A stretch of DNA of 64,000 nucleotides from Thermoanaerobaculia bacterium (GTDB taxonomy: Bacteria > Acidobacteriota > Thermoanaerobaculia > UBA5066). The stretch lies in contig CAVRAY010000002.1 in assembly GCA_963719225.1 (NCBI GenBank), positions 352,001 to 416,000 on the forward strand, given 5' to 3'. The position numbers and the translations under genes are program-made. Position 1 is the first letter of the stretch; each line of letters opens with the position of its first letter. The notes beneath the pieces were generated by a model that had not been told where the DNA came from, made no database searches, and worked only from the letters and a program-made list of their open reading frames with translations. This document shows, piece after piece, positions 1-10,770 of this stretch.

Positions 1-2
1 GC

Positions 3-653
3 CTCGGCGCCGCGTGGCTTCAAGGCCGGTGGGCGGGCGCCTCCGGCGTTCCGGCGGTCCTGACGCACTGCAACGCGGGCGCGCTCGCGACGGCGGGCAT
101 CGGCACCGCGCTGGGCATCGTGCGGGTGCTGGCGGCCGAAGGCCCAATCGCGATCCTCGCGGACGAGACCCGCCCGTTCCTGCAGGGTGCGCGCCTCACG
201 GCGTGGGAGCTCAAGCACGACGGGCTCGACGTGACGCTCCTCCCCGACGTCGCGGCCGCCTCGCTGATCGCCCGCGGCCGCGTGCAGGGCGTCGTGGTGG
301 GCGCCGACCGTATCGCCGCGAACGGTGACGTCGCCAACAAGGTCGGCACGTACGGCCTCGCGCTCGCGTGCCGGGCGCACGGCGTTCCGTTCGTCGTCGC
401 GGCTCCGACGACGACGATCGATTCGGCGACGGCGGACGGCGCGTCGATTCCGATCGAGGAGCGCGCGTCCCGCGAAGTGGTCTCGCTGCCGCTCCCGGGT
501 GGAGGCTCGGTGCCCCTCGCGCCCGACGGCGTGCCGGCGCTCTATCCCGCGTTCGACGTCACACCCGCGGCTCTCGTCGACGCGATCGTGACGGAGCGGG
601 GAGTGTCGGAGCCGCCGCACGCAGATGCGCTTCGACGATTCCTCTCCCGATGA
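3..653 (+). CDS. mtnA: S-methyl-5-thioribose-1-phosphate isomerase (5'-truncated by window edge)
   Basis: Frame is open from position 3. Motifs [54 protein letters not shown] and PAFDVTP are present. Confidence 0.95.
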   Translation, partial: LGAAWLQGRWAGASGVPAVLTHCNAGALATAGIGTALGIVRVLAAEGPIAILADETRPFLQGARLTAWELKHDGLDVTLLPDVAAASLIARGRVQGVVVGADRIAANGDVANKVGTYGLALACRAHGVPFVVAAPTTTIDSATADGASIPIEERASREVVSLPLPGGGSVPLAPDGVPALYPAFDVTPAALVDAIVTERGVSEPPHADALRRFLSR

Positions 654-1732
654 AGCCGAACGGGACGCTCGTTCTCGGCCTCGAGACGTCGTGTGACGAG
701 ACGGCCGTCGCGCTGGTGGACGGCGTGGGCGCCGCACGCGCGTCCCTGGTGTCGTCGCAGGAGGAGGCGCATCGCCGGTTCGGCGGCGTCGTGCCCGAGA
801 TCGCCGCACGCGCGCACCTTCAGAACCTGCCTCCCCTTCTCGACGCGGCGCTTGCCGAGGCCGGCGCGAGCCTTCGGGACGTGACGGCCGTCGCGGCGAC
901 GGCCGGCCCCGGGCTCGTGGGCGCGCTGCTCGTCGGCCTGTCGGAAGGAAAAGGCCTCGCGCTCGGGCTCTCGGTGCCGTTCATCCCCGTGAACCACATC
1001 GAGGGGCACGCGCTGTCGCCGTTTCTGGACGGCGCGGCGGGGCCGGCCGTTCCGGTGCCGGAGACGTTCGCCGCGCTCGTGGTCTCGGGCGGCCACACGC
1101 ACGTTTTCTGGTTCGAGGCGGGCGAGATCAAGCGCCTCGCGCGGACACGCGACGACGCGGCCGGCGAGGCTTTCGACAAGGTCGCGAAGATGGCAGGCTT
1201 CGGCTATCCGGGCGGCCCCGCCGTGGACCGCCTCGCGCGGCGCGGCCGCGCGGCACGCCCTTTTCCCCTTCCGCACTTCAAGGACGGCTCGCCGGACTTC
1301 AGCTTCTCGGGCCTGAAGACCGCCGCGCGCGAGCGGCTTCTCGAGCTGGGCCGAGCCCCCGCGGCCGGATTCCCGGGCGACCCGTCGCTCCTGGAGGAGG
1401 AGGCCCCGCAGGGCCTCTGCGATCTGATGGCCGACGTGGAAGAGGCGATCGTCGCGCAGCTCCTGAACCGCCTCTCGCGCCTCCACGACGCCGGGCGCTT
1501 CGGAGTCCTCTCGATCTCGGGCGGAGTCGCGGCGAACACGCTCGTGAGGCAGCGCATTCCGGCGTGGGGTGAGACGCGCGGTGTCGACGTCCGGCTCGCC
1601 CCGCGAACGCTTACGGGGGACAATGCCGTGATGATCGCGTTCGCCGCCCTGAGACGCCTCGAGAGCGGGCGCCTCGGCGAGGGGCTCGCGGCCGTCGCCC
1701 GCTCCCGCTGGCCTCTCGAGACCATGTCCTAA
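650..1732 (+). CDS. tsaD: tRNA N6-adenosine threonylcarbamoyltransferase
   Basis: ATG at 650 overlaps the mtnA stop (ATGA). Motifs [54 protein letters not shown] and DNAVMIA are present. Confidence 0.96.
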   Translation: MKPNGTLVLGLETSCDETAVALVDGVGAARASLVSSQEEAHRRFGGVVPEIAARAHLQNLPPLLDAALAEAGASLRDVTAVAATAGPGLVGALLVGLSEGKGLALGLSVPFIPVNHIEGHALSPFLDGAAGPAVPVPETFAALVVSGGHTHVFWFEAGEIKRLARTRDDAAGEAFDKVAKMAGFGYPGGPAVDRLARRGRAARPFPLPHFKDGSPDFSFSGLKTAARERLLELGRAPAAGFPGDPSLLEEEAPQGLCDLMADVEEAIVAQLLNRLSRLHDAGRFGVLSISGGVAANTLVRQRIPAWGETRGVDVRLAPRTLTGDNAVMIAFAALRRLESGRLGEGLAAVARSRWPLETMS

Positions 1733-1784
1733 GAGCAGGGCCACTGGCCCAAGGATCCAACCGGGCTACCGGGCGATAGTCCCC

Positions 1785-4727
1785 TCAATGCCGCTTTTTG
1801 ACGGGTGTTCCCGGGCCAGGGCTCGCGGCCGCGTGGTGGACAGTCGCGGTGAGGTGATCCGCTAACAGGATGATCGCGTCGAAAGGCTCCAGGGTGAGGT
1901 TGCCGGTCACGGCTTGTCCGTTGTTGACGTCCGGAGCCTGGGTGCCTTTGATTCTCCGAACCCCCGTGCGATTGAAGGTCCCCGCCAGGTCGGCGGCCGA
2001 GAACGCGTGCGCCTGCGTGAGAGGATTCACCAGGACGAACCCGTTCTCGAAATCCCGCCGCCACGGGCCGACACCGCCACGATAGACGCGCACGTTGTCG
2101 ATGGCGACCTTGCCGCCGCCGGAGGTGACCGCGAAACGGATCGTCCATGGCACATTTTCCGAGACGAGAAGGGGGATATGTGCTGTCCCTGAGTCACCCG
2201 CGACGATTCCGGGGGCGGTGAAGCTGTCGAGCGAATGGCCATTGCCGAAAGCGTCAACCCGAAGACTCCCGTCAAGGGTCTCCAGGATGCGCCAGTCGAA
2301 GGTAAGGAGATACGAGTTCGACGCGAGGAGTCGAACCGCAGCCGGGTCGGTGTTGGCGCTGACGGAGGCTTGTTTCGAATGATCGGGATTGCTCACGACA
2401 AGGCTCCCGCTACCGGTGATCACTTCGCTGGCGGTGCGCGAAGCCGACGCCGCACCCGGCGGATTGGATGTGAAGGTGACCGGAAGGGAACCACTCTCGA
2501 AATCCTCTTGAAACACCAACACACCCGGCTCCGTCAGTTCCCGGGCGTCAGATAGCGATTGTCCGAGGTAGCCCTTCTTTGTCCTGTCCTTCACCGCGGC
2601 TCCACTGGAATCTACCGAGTATTCGTCAAACCACAGTGGTGCGCTCAATGAGCCGTGCAGGTCGTACCAGTAGAACCCATTGTTCAGCAACGTCGTGCCC
2701 ATTGTGAATCGGTGATTCTGAATATCGCTGCTCGTCGGAGCACTGTAGCCGCCGCCCGGGGCTGTTGCATAAGGCCCGCAGCCCTCCAGCAGGTTGATTC
2801 GCGGAACGCGGGCGATCGCCTCCATTGTCCGATAGACGTCCAGCGCCATCCTCCAGCCCGCCGGCGACAGATTCGGCAAGTAGGATCCATTCCAGCTGTA
2901 ATTCGCGCACTCGACCGAGAAGCCGTTTACATACGGCGCCAGACTCAGCTCCGGTGGGGAGCCGATGACGAGCTGCAAATCGCCGTTCCTGCTCCGCAAC
3001 TGCTGGAGCATGCCGACCGCCGCGCTTCTGGCGAGGTCGCTGACGGCCGCGGGAGTCTCGTCGCGCAGGCCGTTCCGGTTGTAGTCGACGTCGAAAAGCG
3101 CCGGATCATACCGATCGAGGATGTGAGGGTTAATCCGTCCGAAGAGGTTATCGAAGTAGAGACCGTCCCATAGCCCGGATGGAAAGAGCTCTTCGTTCAG
3201 CCAGTCGAGCAGGTAGGTGTTGTAGGTGTTGCCGTTCACCGTTGGGCAGAACGCCGAGGTATTCATCATTCTGATGAACGGATAGTCCTGCTCCGGAACG
3301 TAAGCCCCCTTCGAGTCTCTCAGATACCAGTCGTCCGCGATGCCCTGCAGAAACTGAAACGTGATATCGACGTCGCTGTCCGTGGGGGGCGGCAAAGTGG
3401 TGGCCTGCTCCTCCGCAACCCGATAGGGCAGGATCACGACGTTCTCGTTCAGCCGTCTCAGACGTCTGACCGAATCCGGGTACCGCGTCTGGGTCACGGG
3501 CTCAAGACCGATAATCACATCGGCGAAGGCGAGCGTGCTCTCGACCTCCTCGACGGAAACGCGAAAGGCCGGTCCCTCGGCTAGGCCGCCCGCCTGAGCC
3601 TGCCAGAGGCTTGTTCCCAACTGGTATTTTCCAAGACGCGGATACGGTAACCCATCCAGCTTGGCCCAGGGTGCGGGCGGCACGCCTGTTGGAATGACCG
3701 ACTTCTGAAGAATCGTGATGCCATCAATCAGCACCACCGAATCGGCCGTGGCGGAGACATTCAAGACATATGAGCTCGCCGCCGCCGTCTCGGCGCCTGC
3801 CGAGAAAGTTCCACTTTCGGCCGCATTCTTCAGAAGGGGCGCTAGGCTAACCGACGAGTGCTGGTCCGTGGTGCCGGCCGGTTGAAGCCAGAGGTAAAGG
3901 ACATTTTCGCCGCCACCCCGAGCGATGATGCGGTACTGAAACTCGACGATGTACGTCGTGCTCGTTGAAAGCGCCACTACGGTGGGTCTGGTGGCAGCGG
4001 TCCCGAACGCGCTCAGCCGAAGTGACGCCCTCCCCGCAATCACCGGTGCCGGATCCGTGACCACAGACGCGCCATTGAGCAACTGAATGCCGGGACCGAC
4101 AGTCGGGGCTAGCCGTTCCGCGTTTTCCGAGGCCACGATCTGCCCGGTGGCGGCAGCGGTGATTTGAATGTCGTCGATGGCAATCGCGCCCGTGCCCACC
4201 ACGTTCCACCGCGCTTCGTAGTCGCTGTACGGCCCCAACGTGTTTGTGAGAGTCGCCGAGCCCTCGGCGCCGGCCGGCCCCGTGATTGTCACAGACGGTA
4301 GAAAGTTCCCTGCGGCACCCGCGGTCGGCGAGAAGAAGAGGATTTCGAAGCCGCGATCCGGGGCCGTGACGATTCGATAGCGGAATGTCACCCGGTATGT
4401 CTGGTTGGATACAAACGCGACGGTGCTCGGGAGCGTGCGGAGGTACGGAGTGAACGAGCCCGTTGCGGAATAGGTGCCCTTGATGGAATGAGTCCCGGCG
4501 ATCACTTCGGCCGGGGTTGAGGTGATCGTACCGGCGCGGTCCAAAACGAAGCCCGCGGAAAGCGCCGGAGCGACCGTCTCGACGTCATCGAAATACACCT
4601 GTTTGTACTCCGCCTGGTACCGCACGGGCTGAGCTTCCGTTGGAAGGGCGCGTGAAAGAGCGAGCAGAGAGAGTTCTGCGAAGAGCCTCAGCCGGCTGGC
4701 CGCGTTGGACTTTGTCCGGCCGATCAC
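1785..4727 (-). CDS. Secreted multi-domain putative glycoside hydrolase (GHL15/PF14885-like catalytic barrel plus repeated beta-sandwich modules)
   Basis: 980-aa ORF with an N-terminal signal-like segment. It contains DDWYLRDSKG, WDGLYFDN and WRRDFENGFVLVNP, as recalled for GHL15-type proteins. TATGAT and GAGG lie upstream on the minus strand, and GC is visibly lower than in the flanks. Confidence 0.6.
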   Translation of the reverse strand: MIGRTKSNAASRLRLFAELSLLALSRALPTEAQPVRYQAEYKQVYFDDVETVAPALSAGFVLDRAGTITSTPAEVIAGTHSIKGTYSATGSFTPYLRTLPSTVAFVSNQTYRVTFRYRIVTAPDRGFEILFFSPTAGAAGNFLPSVTITGPAGAEGSATLTNTLGPYSDYEARWNVVGTGAIAIDDIQITAAATGQIVASENAERLAPTVGPGIQLLNGASVVTDPAPVIAGRASLRLSAFGTAATRPTVVALSTSTTYIVEFQYRIIARGGGENVLYLWLQPAGTTDQHSSVSLAPLLKNAAESGTFSAGAETAAASSYVLNVSATADSVVLIDGITILQKSVIPTGVPPAPWAKLDGLPYPRLGKYQLGTSLWQAQAGGLAEGPAFRVSVEEVESTLAFADVIIGLEPVTQTRYPDSVRRLRRLNENVVILPYRVAEEQATTLPPPTDSDVDITFQFLQGIADDWYLRDSKGAYVPEQDYPFIRMMNTSAFCPTVNGNTYNTYLLDWLNEELFPSGLWDGLYFDNLFGRINPHILDRYDPALFDVDYNRNGLRDETPAAVSDLARSAAVGMLQQLRSRNGDLQLVIGSPPELSLAPYVNGFSVECANYSWNGSYLPNLSPAGWRMALDVYRTMEAIARVPRINLLEGCGPYATAPGGGYSAPTSSDIQNHRFTMGTTLLNNGFYWYDLHGSLSAPLWFDEYSVDSSGAAVKDRTKKGYLGQSLSDARELTEPGVLVFQEDFESGSLPVTFTSNPPGAASASRTASEVITGSGSLVVSNPDHSKQASVSANTDPAAVRLLASNSYLLTFDWRILETLDGSLRVDAFGNGHSLDSFTAPGIVAGDSGTAHIPLLVSENVPWTIRFAVTSGGGKVAIDNVRVYRGGVGPWRRDFENGFVLVNPLTQAHAFSAADLAGTFNRTGVRRIKGTQAPDVNNGQAVTGNLTLEPFDAIILLADHLTATVHHAAASPGPGTPVKKRH

Positions 4728-4824
4728 TGTGGAAACCTCAGCCTCGACATCATATCGTCCCGCGAGGGCCCCCGCGCTCCTCCGTGCGTTCCCGTAAGAT
4801 CAGCGGTCCGCTCGTGCGGCTCCG

Positions 4825-6624
4825 ATGAACGACGCCTCCCACATCCGCAATTTCTCGATCGTCGCCCACATCGACCACGGGAAGACGACGCTGTCCGACC
4901 GGATCCTCGAGATCACGGGCGCCCTGACCGCGCGCGAGATGACGGAGCAGGTCCTCGACGACAACCCGATCGAGAAGGAGCGCGGCATCACGATCAAGGC
5001 GCGCTCGGTCACGCTGAAATACAGGGCCGAGGACGGGACGGACTACGTCCTGAACCTCATCGACACGCCCGGGCACGTGGACTTCACGTACGAGGTCTCA
5101 CGCTCGCTCGCCGCGTGCGAGGCGGCCGTCCTCGTCGTGGACGCGACGCAGGGGGTCGAAGCGCAGACGCTCGCGAACGCCTACCTCGCGATCCACAACG
5201 ACCTCACGATCGTCCCGTGCATCAACAAAGTCGACCTGCCGTCCGCCGTCCCCGAGATGGCGCGCGAGCAGATCGAGGAGATCATCGGGATTCCCGCGCG
5301 GCATGCGGTGCTGACGTCGGGCAAGGTCGGAACGGGCGTGCGCGATCTGCTCGAGGAGATCGTTCACCTGGTGCCCCCTCCGACGGGAGATCCTCTGGCC
5401 CCGCTCAAGGCGTTGCTCTTCGACTCGTGGTTCGACCTCTACCGCGGCGTCACCTGCCTCGTGCGCGTCCGCGAGGGCACTTTGAAGCCGGGCATGAGGA
5501 TCCGCATGATGGGCACGGGTTTCGGAGGGGAGGTCCAGGAGGTCGGGATCTTCAACCCGAAGCAGCAGGTCGTGCCGGAGCTTTCCGTGGGCGAAGTCGG
5601 CTACGTCATCGCGGGCATCAAGGACCTCCACGCCGCGAAGATCGGGGACACCGTGACGGACGCCGAGCGGCCGACCGCCGAGGCTCTTCCCGGTTTCCTG
5701 GACGTCAAGCCGATGGTGTTCGCGTCGATCTTTCCGACGGAGACCGACGCCTACGAGGACCTGAGGGACGCGATGGAGAAGCTCCGCCTCAACGACGCAT
5801 CCTTCTCCTTCGAGCCCGAGTCCTCGACGGCTCTGGGCTTCGGCTTTCGCTGCGGCTACCTCGGCCTCCTCCACATGGAGATCGTCCAGGAGCGCCTCGA
5901 GCGCGAGTTCAACCTCTCGCTCATCACGACGGCACCCTCGGTGCCCTACAGGGTGACGACGACGCGCGGGCAGGAGCTCGAGATCTCGAATCCGGTGAAG
6001 CTTCCCGAGGTCCAGCTCATCGACGAGATCCGGGAGCCCTACATCCTCGCGACCATCATCACGAAGGACGAGTATCTCGGCGGAATCCTCGCCCTCGCCG
6101 AGGAAAGGCGTGGCACGCAGGTCTCGCTCGGATACGCGGGCACGCAGCGCGCCGTCCTCAAGTACGAGCTACCCCTGAACGAGGTCATTCTCGACTTCTA
6201 CGACAAGCTCAAGTCGCTCTCGAGGGGCTACGCCTCCTTCGATTACCAGCTCATCGATTACCGGCCCGGGGACCTCGTGAAGCTCGACATCCTCATCAAC
6301 GGCGAGCCCGTCGACGCGCTCGCCTTCATCGTTCACCGGAGCAAGGCGCCGGCGAAGGGCCGCGCGCTCGTCGACAAGATGAAGGAGATGATTCCGCAGC
6401 AGATGTTCGAGGTCGTGATCCAGGCGGCGATCGGGTCGAAGATCCTCGCGCGCTCGACGGTGAAGGCGCTGCGCAAGAACGTGCTCGCGAAATGCTACGG
6501 CGGCGACATCACGCGCAAGAAAAAGCTGCTCGAGAAGCAGAAGGAAGGCAAGCGGCGCATGAAGAAGGTCGGCCGCGTCGAGTTGCCCCAGGAAGCCTTC
6601 CTCGCGGTCCTCAAGGTCGAATGA
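4825..6624 (+). CDS. lepA: Translation elongation factor 4
   Basis: [38 protein letters not shown] and [18 protein letters not shown]. Confidence 0.98.
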   Translation: MNDASHIRNFSIVAHIDHGKTTLSDRILEITGALTAREMTEQVLDDNPIEKERGITIKARSVTLKYRAEDGTDYVLNLIDTPGHVDFTYEVSRSLAACEAAVLVVDATQGVEAQTLANAYLAIHNDLTIVPCINKVDLPSAVPEMAREQIEEIIGIPARHAVLTSGKVGTGVRDLLEEIVHLVPPPTGDPLAPLKALLFDSWFDLYRGVTCLVRVREGTLKPGMRIRMMGTGFGGEVQEVGIFNPKQQVVPELSVGEVGYVIAGIKDLHAAKIGDTVTDAERPTAEALPGFLDVKPMVFASIFPTETDAYEDLRDAMEKLRLNDASFSFEPESSTALGFGFRCGYLGLLHMEIVQERLEREFNLSLITTAPSVPYRVTTTRGQELEISNPVKLPEVQLIDEIREPYILATIITKDEYLGGILALAEERRGTQVSLGYAGTQRAVLKYELPLNEVILDFYDKLKSLSRGYASFDYQLIDYRPGDLVKLDILINGEPVDALAFIVHRSKAPAKGRALVDKMKEMIPQQMFEVVIQAAIGSKILARSTVKALRKNVLAKCYGGDITRKKKLLEKQKEGKRRMKKVGRVELPQEAFLAVLKVE

Positions 6625-7304
6625 CGAATCCCGCGAGGCGATTCACCGAGACCGTCGAGGCCGTCCTCGTCGCCGCCGCGCTCGCCCTCGTGTTCAAGGG
6701 TTTCGTCTTCCAGATCTTCCACGTGCCGAGCTCTTCGATGGAGGACACGGTCCTCACGGGCGACTATGTGCTCGTGAACAAGTTCGCGTACGGACCGCAT
6801 CGGGGGTTTTGGGCCCGCGTTCTGCCGTACCGGGACCTCGCGCGGGGCGACGTCGTCGTCTTCCGGTATCCGCCCGATCCCGGCCGGGACCTGATCAAGC
6901 GGACGGTCGCGGTGGCGGGCGACCGGATCGAAGTCGCGGGGAAGGCGCTGCGGGTGAACGGGTTGGAACGCGTCGAGCCCTACGCCGTGCATCGGGACGC
7001 GACCACCTATGGCGAGGGGGCGCCGCCTTCCCTCCTCCGGCGCGACCGATTCGGGCCGCTCGACGTCGCCTCCGGGCATTTCTTCGCGATGGGCGACAAC
7101 CGCGACGAGTCCCAGGATTCGCGCTTCTGGGGGCCGGTCCCGTACGCGCACCTCGAGGGGCGCGCCGTCTCGGTCCTCTGGTCCGTCCGCGAAGGACCTC
7201 GCGCTTTCACGGGCCGCGGAGCCGCGTTACGCCGTTTCCTCGATACCGCGCTAAACTTTTTATCCCGGACACGCTGGAAGAGAAGCTTCCACGCCATTCA
7301 CTAG
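6621..7304 (+). CDS. lepB: Signal peptidase I
   Basis: ATGA overlap with lepA. Catalytic Ser box (VPSSSMEDT), Lys box (DLIKR) and [14 protein letters not shown] are present. Confidence 0.93.
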   Translation: MTNPARRFTETVEAVLVAAALALVFKGFVFQIFHVPSSSMEDTVLTGDYVLVNKFAYGPHRGFWARVLPYRDLARGDVVVFRYPPDPGRDLIKRTVAVAGDRIEVAGKALRVNGLERVEPYAVHRDATTYGEGAPPSLLRRDRFGPLDVASGHFFAMGDNRDESQDSRFWGPVPYAHLEGRAVSVLWSVREGPRAFTGRGAALRRFLDTALNFLSRTRWKRSFHAIH

Positions 7305-7338
7305 TGCGCGGCCGCGCCCGCGCCGGAAGGAGAACACG

Positions 7339-7707
7339 ATGCGGAGAACCGCCACGGGCAGCCGGCGAGGGGAAGGGGCCCTCGGGCTCATCGTCGGGCT
7401 AGGCGTTCTGTTCGTCGTCGTCGTCGCCCTCGTGCGCATCCTTCCATTGCACATTCACGGAAACGAGGTTCTCGACTCGATGAACGAAGCGGCCAACTTC
7501 GGCGGATTGAAAGGCCCCGACAAGCTGAAGATGGACATCTACCTGAAGGCGCAGGATGCGAAAGTGCCTCTGAAGCTCGACGCGATTCGCATCGATCGCA
7601 GCGGCCAGTACATCACCATCTCGGCCCAGTACGAGCAGACGGCGGACATCTTCGGGTACAAGTACGTGTACAAGTTCGACAAGAAGGTGGAGAAGCCGGT
7701 CTTCTGA
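7339..7707 (+). CDS. DUF4845-like small membrane-anchored protein
   Basis: AGGAG RBS. Pilin-like N-terminus (RRGEG plus a hydrophobic helix), about 120 aa, in the post-lepB position typical of DUF4845 genes. Confidence 0.6.
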   Translation: MRRTATGSRRGEGALGLIVGLGVLFVVVVALVRILPLHIHGNEVLDSMNEAANFGGLKGPDKLKMDIYLKAQDAKVPLKLDAIRIDRSGQYITISAQYEQTADIFGYKYVYKFDKKVEKPVF

Positions 7708-7727
7708 TCCTGCTTCAGTCTTGCCGT

Positions 7728-8135
7728 ATGTCTCCCCGCGACGAGGACACGCCGCCGCTCACCGAGGTCCGGCTCGATGTCTGGCTGGACGTTTCATGCC
7801 TCTTTCCAACCCGCTCCCGGGCCGCGGCCGCGTGCGCTGGGGGCAAGGTCGATCTGAACGGTCGCGCAGCCGCCGCGCACAAGCTCGTTCGCGCCGGCGA
7901 CCGGCTGAAGATCACGTTCCCGCGCGGCCACCGGACGTTTCTCGTCAAGGGGCTCCTGGAAAGGCACGTTCCGAGGGCGGCGGCACGGGCGCTTTACGAC
8001 GAGACGACGCCCCCGCTGCCGCCCGAGGTCCTCGAAGCCCGCCGTCTCGAGCGCCTCTTGGCGCCCCGTGAGTCGGGCGGCTCGCGCCCGACGAAGAAGG
8101 AACGTCGCCAGCGCGAGAGGGCGCGCGGGTGGTGA
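7728..8135 (+). CDS. hslR: S4-domain RNA-binding protein (Hsp15-like)
   Basis: VRLDVWLDVSCLFPTRSRA...GGKVDLNG and the C-terminal RPTKKERR motif. Confidence 0.85.
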   Translation: MSPRDEDTPPLTEVRLDVWLDVSCLFPTRSRAAAACAGGKVDLNGRAAAAHKLVRAGDRLKITFPRGHRTFLVKGLLERHVPRAAARALYDETTPPLPPEVLEARRLERLLAPRESGGSRPTKKERRQRERARGW

Positions 8136-9115
8136 GGCGGCGCGCACGCCCGAGGCTCTACGAGGTTCTCCTTCTCGCCGACGTCGTCGTCGTCATCCTT
8201 CTTCTGAGGACGCGCGCCCGAATCAACCTCGACGTCGTCCGGACGCTTCTCGACTTGCGCCCGTTCGTCGCGTTCCTGGCACTCGTCCTCCTTGGATGCA
8301 TCCTCCTCCGCGCTCTCCTCGCGGCGCGCCGGGGATGGCGGCGCGGACTCGCGCGTCTCCGTGCGATGTTGAAGCTCCGGTCCCTCGGCGACCTCGTCCG
8401 CTTTCTGGCGGCGGTGGCGCTCACCTCGTATGCCTACAGCTGGCTGAAGGTCGCGGTTCCCCTGCTCCGTCCCGACGTTCTCTACGATCCGGATTTGTTC
8501 CGCGTGGAGACCGCGCTCCACTTCGGGGTCAACCCCGGGCGCCTCTTTCAGGGACTCTTGCCGTATCCGGTGCTCTGGCGGGCCCTCGACGCGACCTACG
8601 GAACTTTCATTTTCACGGTGATCGCGGGTCTCGGATGGTTCGGCGCGACGCTCTCGATGCGGGATCGCGCGCGCTTTGCAGCGGGCTTCGCGTTCCTCTG
8701 GATCTCGGGATCGTGGTTCTATCTCGCCGTCCCTTCTCTCGGCCCGTGTTACGTCCTCAAGGACGACTACACCGAGATCCGCGCGTCGATGCCGTCGCAG
8801 TCGGCGACGATGGACCTCCTGTTCGCCCACTACGGGCGCGTGCGCGCCTTCCACCGGCGGCCCGAGGGGTCGGATCTCGCCCCATACCTCGGGGTCGCCG
8901 CGATGCCGTCCCTGCACGTCGGCGCCCAGGCGTTTCTCATGCTCTTCGCTCGCCGGCGTTCGCGCGCCGTCTTCCTCATCTTCGCCGTCCTGACCGCGGT
9001 CACCTTCTTCACGGCCGTCGTGAGCGGCTGGCATTACGCGATCGACGGCTATGTCGCTCTCGTCCTGGCGTGGGTCGCATTCGCAGCCGGGAATCGGAGC
9101 GTCCCTTCCGCGTAA
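8129..9115 (+). CDS. PAP2-superfamily integral membrane phosphotransferase (PAP2_3/Aur1-like)
   Basis: Multiple TM helices. PSLGPCY, AAMPSLHVG and GWHYAIDG motifs are present. Confidence 0.8.
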   Translation: MVRRRARPRLYEVLLLADVVVVILLLRTRARINLDVVRTLLDLRPFVAFLALVLLGCILLRALLAARRGWRRGLARLRAMLKLRSLGDLVRFLAAVALTSYAYSWLKVAVPLLRPDVLYDPDLFRVETALHFGVNPGRLFQGLLPYPVLWRALDATYGTFIFTVIAGLGWFGATLSMRDRARFAAGFAFLWISGSWFYLAVPSLGPCYVLKDDYTEIRASMPSQSATMDLLFAHYGRVRAFHRRPEGSDLAPYLGVAAMPSLHVGAQAFLMLFARRRSRAVFLIFAVLTAVTFFTAVVSGWHYAIDGYVALVLAWVAFAAGNRSVPSA

Positions 9116-9125
9116 CATCCCCGCG

Positions 9126-10343
9126 ATGCGGGTTCTCCTCTTCACGGGCAAGGGCGGCGTCGGCAAGACGACCGTCGCCGCGGCGACGGGCCTGACGCTC
9201 GCGGCGCGCGGCCTCAAGACGCTCGTGATGTCGGTGGACGCCGCGCACTCCCTCGCGGACGCCTTCGACCGCGACGTCGCGCTCACGGATCACGCCCACG
9301 GAGCGGCCGTTGCCGTGGCCGACAACCTGTGGATCCAGGAGGTCGACGTCACCGAGGAGATCGGCCGCCACTGGAAGGACATTTCCGGCTACATCACGAC
9401 GCTCCTCGCCGTCACCGGCGTCGAGGAGGTTCTCGCCGAGGAGCTTGCGATCTTCCCGGGCATGGAGGAGGTCTCGGCGCTGCTCTACGTGAACCAGTAC
9501 GCGCGCGAGAAGGCCTTCGACGTCCTGATCCTCGACTGCGCTCCCACGGGCGAGTCGCTGCGGTTCGTGTCGCTTCCGCCCACCCTCGAGTGGTACATGA
9601 AGAAGCTCTTCCGGCTCGAGCGCTCGCTCCTCAAGGTCGCGAGGCCGGTCGCGAAGAAGGTGAGCGACCTGCCGCTCCCGCCGGACCGGTATTTCGCGAA
9701 CGTGCAGTCTCTCGCGCAGAAGCTCGAGGGCGTCGATGCTCTCCTCAAGGATCCCGGAACGACGACCGTGCGGCTCGTGACGAACGCCGAGAAGATCGTC
9801 ATCAAGGAGACGCAGCGGGCCTTCATGTATTTCGGCCTCTACGGCTTCACGGTCGATGCCGTGATCGTGAACCGCCTCCTGCCGGAGGGCGTCCTGGACC
9901 CCTTCTTCTCCAAGTGGAGGAAGACCCAGGGCGTCTTCCTCGAGGAGGCGCGGAGCTATTTCGATCCGGTTCCGGTGTTCACGCTGCCGCTCCGCGACGA
10001 TCAGGTCCTCGGCTCGGCGGCCCTCCTCGAGCTCGGAAAAGAGCTGTGGGGCGAGAAGGACCCCGCCGCCGCCTTCCGCTCGGATCCCCCGTATCGCTAC
10101 GCGAAGCGGAACGGAAGATACGTGCTCACGCTCGACCTTCCGTTCGTCGACCGGAGCGAAGTGGACCTCGCCATGGCGTCCGGAGACCTCGTCGTGCGCA
10201 TCGGCAACGTCCGCCATCACATCCCCGTTCCGCGGATGCTCGCGGGCCTCTCGCCCTCCGGGGCGAAGGTCGAGGACGGCAAGCTCACGGTGCGCTTCGA
10301 AAAGGCTCTCGGCACGAGGGAGGATGCGAGGAGTTTTTCCTAG
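9126..10343 (+). CDS. ArsA/Get3-family ATPase with C-terminal alpha-crystallin-like domain
   Basis: FTGKGGVGKTT, SVDAAHSLAD, DCAPTG and VIVNR are present. The C-terminus DLVVRIGN...AKVEDGKLTVRF is Hsp20-like. ATG at 9126. Confidence 0.88.
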   Translation: MRVLLFTGKGGVGKTTVAAATGLTLAARGLKTLVMSVDAAHSLADAFDRDVALTDHAHGAAVAVADNLWIQEVDVTEEIGRHWKDISGYITTLLAVTGVEEVLAEELAIFPGMEEVSALLYVNQYAREKAFDVLILDCAPTGESLRFVSLPPTLEWYMKKLFRLERSLLKVARPVAKKVSDLPLPPDRYFANVQSLAQKLEGVDALLKDPGTTTVRLVTNAEKIVIKETQRAFMYFGLYGFTVDAVIVNRLLPEGVLDPFFSKWRKTQGVFLEEARSYFDPVPVFTLPLRDDQVLGSAALLELGKELWGEKDPAAAFRSDPPYRYAKRNGRYVLTLDLPFVDRSEVDLAMASGDLVVRIGNVRHHIPVPRMLAGLSPSGAKVEDGKLTVRFEKALGTREDARSFS

Positions 10344-10362
10344 AAGGGAAAGTGAGGGCGGC

Positions 10363-10770
10363 ATGCCTGACGAATCCGATTCTGAGCGCACCGACGCGGC
10401 CACGAGACCCCGCCGCCGCGCACGCCGCAAGCCGGCCGGGCGGAAGCCCCTTCCGTCCTCTTTCGAAGAAAGATTCGGACCCGGACCAGCCGAAGGGCCG
10501 GAGCGAGCCGCGAAAGAGAGAGGCGGCCCGATCCCCGGACTCGCCTGCGCGGGAGAGGGCTGCATCTTCAAGCCCGCCGCGGACCTGGTCGGACGATTCT
10601 CGCTCCGTCTCTCGCGCGGGCACGCCGGCACGCTCTCTCGCGCCGCGACCTCCGGCATCGAATTCATGAAGGCGCTGCGCGACTTCCTCGACGAGGAGAT
10701 CGCGCTCGCCGAGCGCGCCGCCCGGGGCGGCGCGAAGCGCTCGCACTTCGAGAAGATCGAAGTCGAATGA
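10363..10770 (+). CDS. Hypothetical ArsA-associated protein (DUF5304-like)
   Basis: GAGG RBS. It has a Cys pair (CAGEGC), the helix SGIEFMKALRDFLD and terminal FEKIEVE, like the small proteins found after actinobacterial ArsA-family genes. Confidence 0.5.
   Translation: MPDESDSERTDAATRPRRRARRKPAGRKPLPSSFEERFGPGPAEGPERAAKERGGPIPGLACAGEGCIFKPAADLVGRFSLRLSRGHAGTLSRAATSGIEFMKALRDFLDEEIALAERAARGGAKRSHFEKIEVE

Noticed and set aside
5115-6620. 729-aa ORF implying a long N-terminal extension on LepB
   Set aside because: The upstream part is an off-frame reading of lepA. LepB starts at ATG 6621.
9126-10343. Arsenic-resistance ArsA
   Set aside because: Single ATPase domain with an Hsp20-like tail, no metalloid-binding Cys set, and no arsB/arsC/arsR/arsD nearby.
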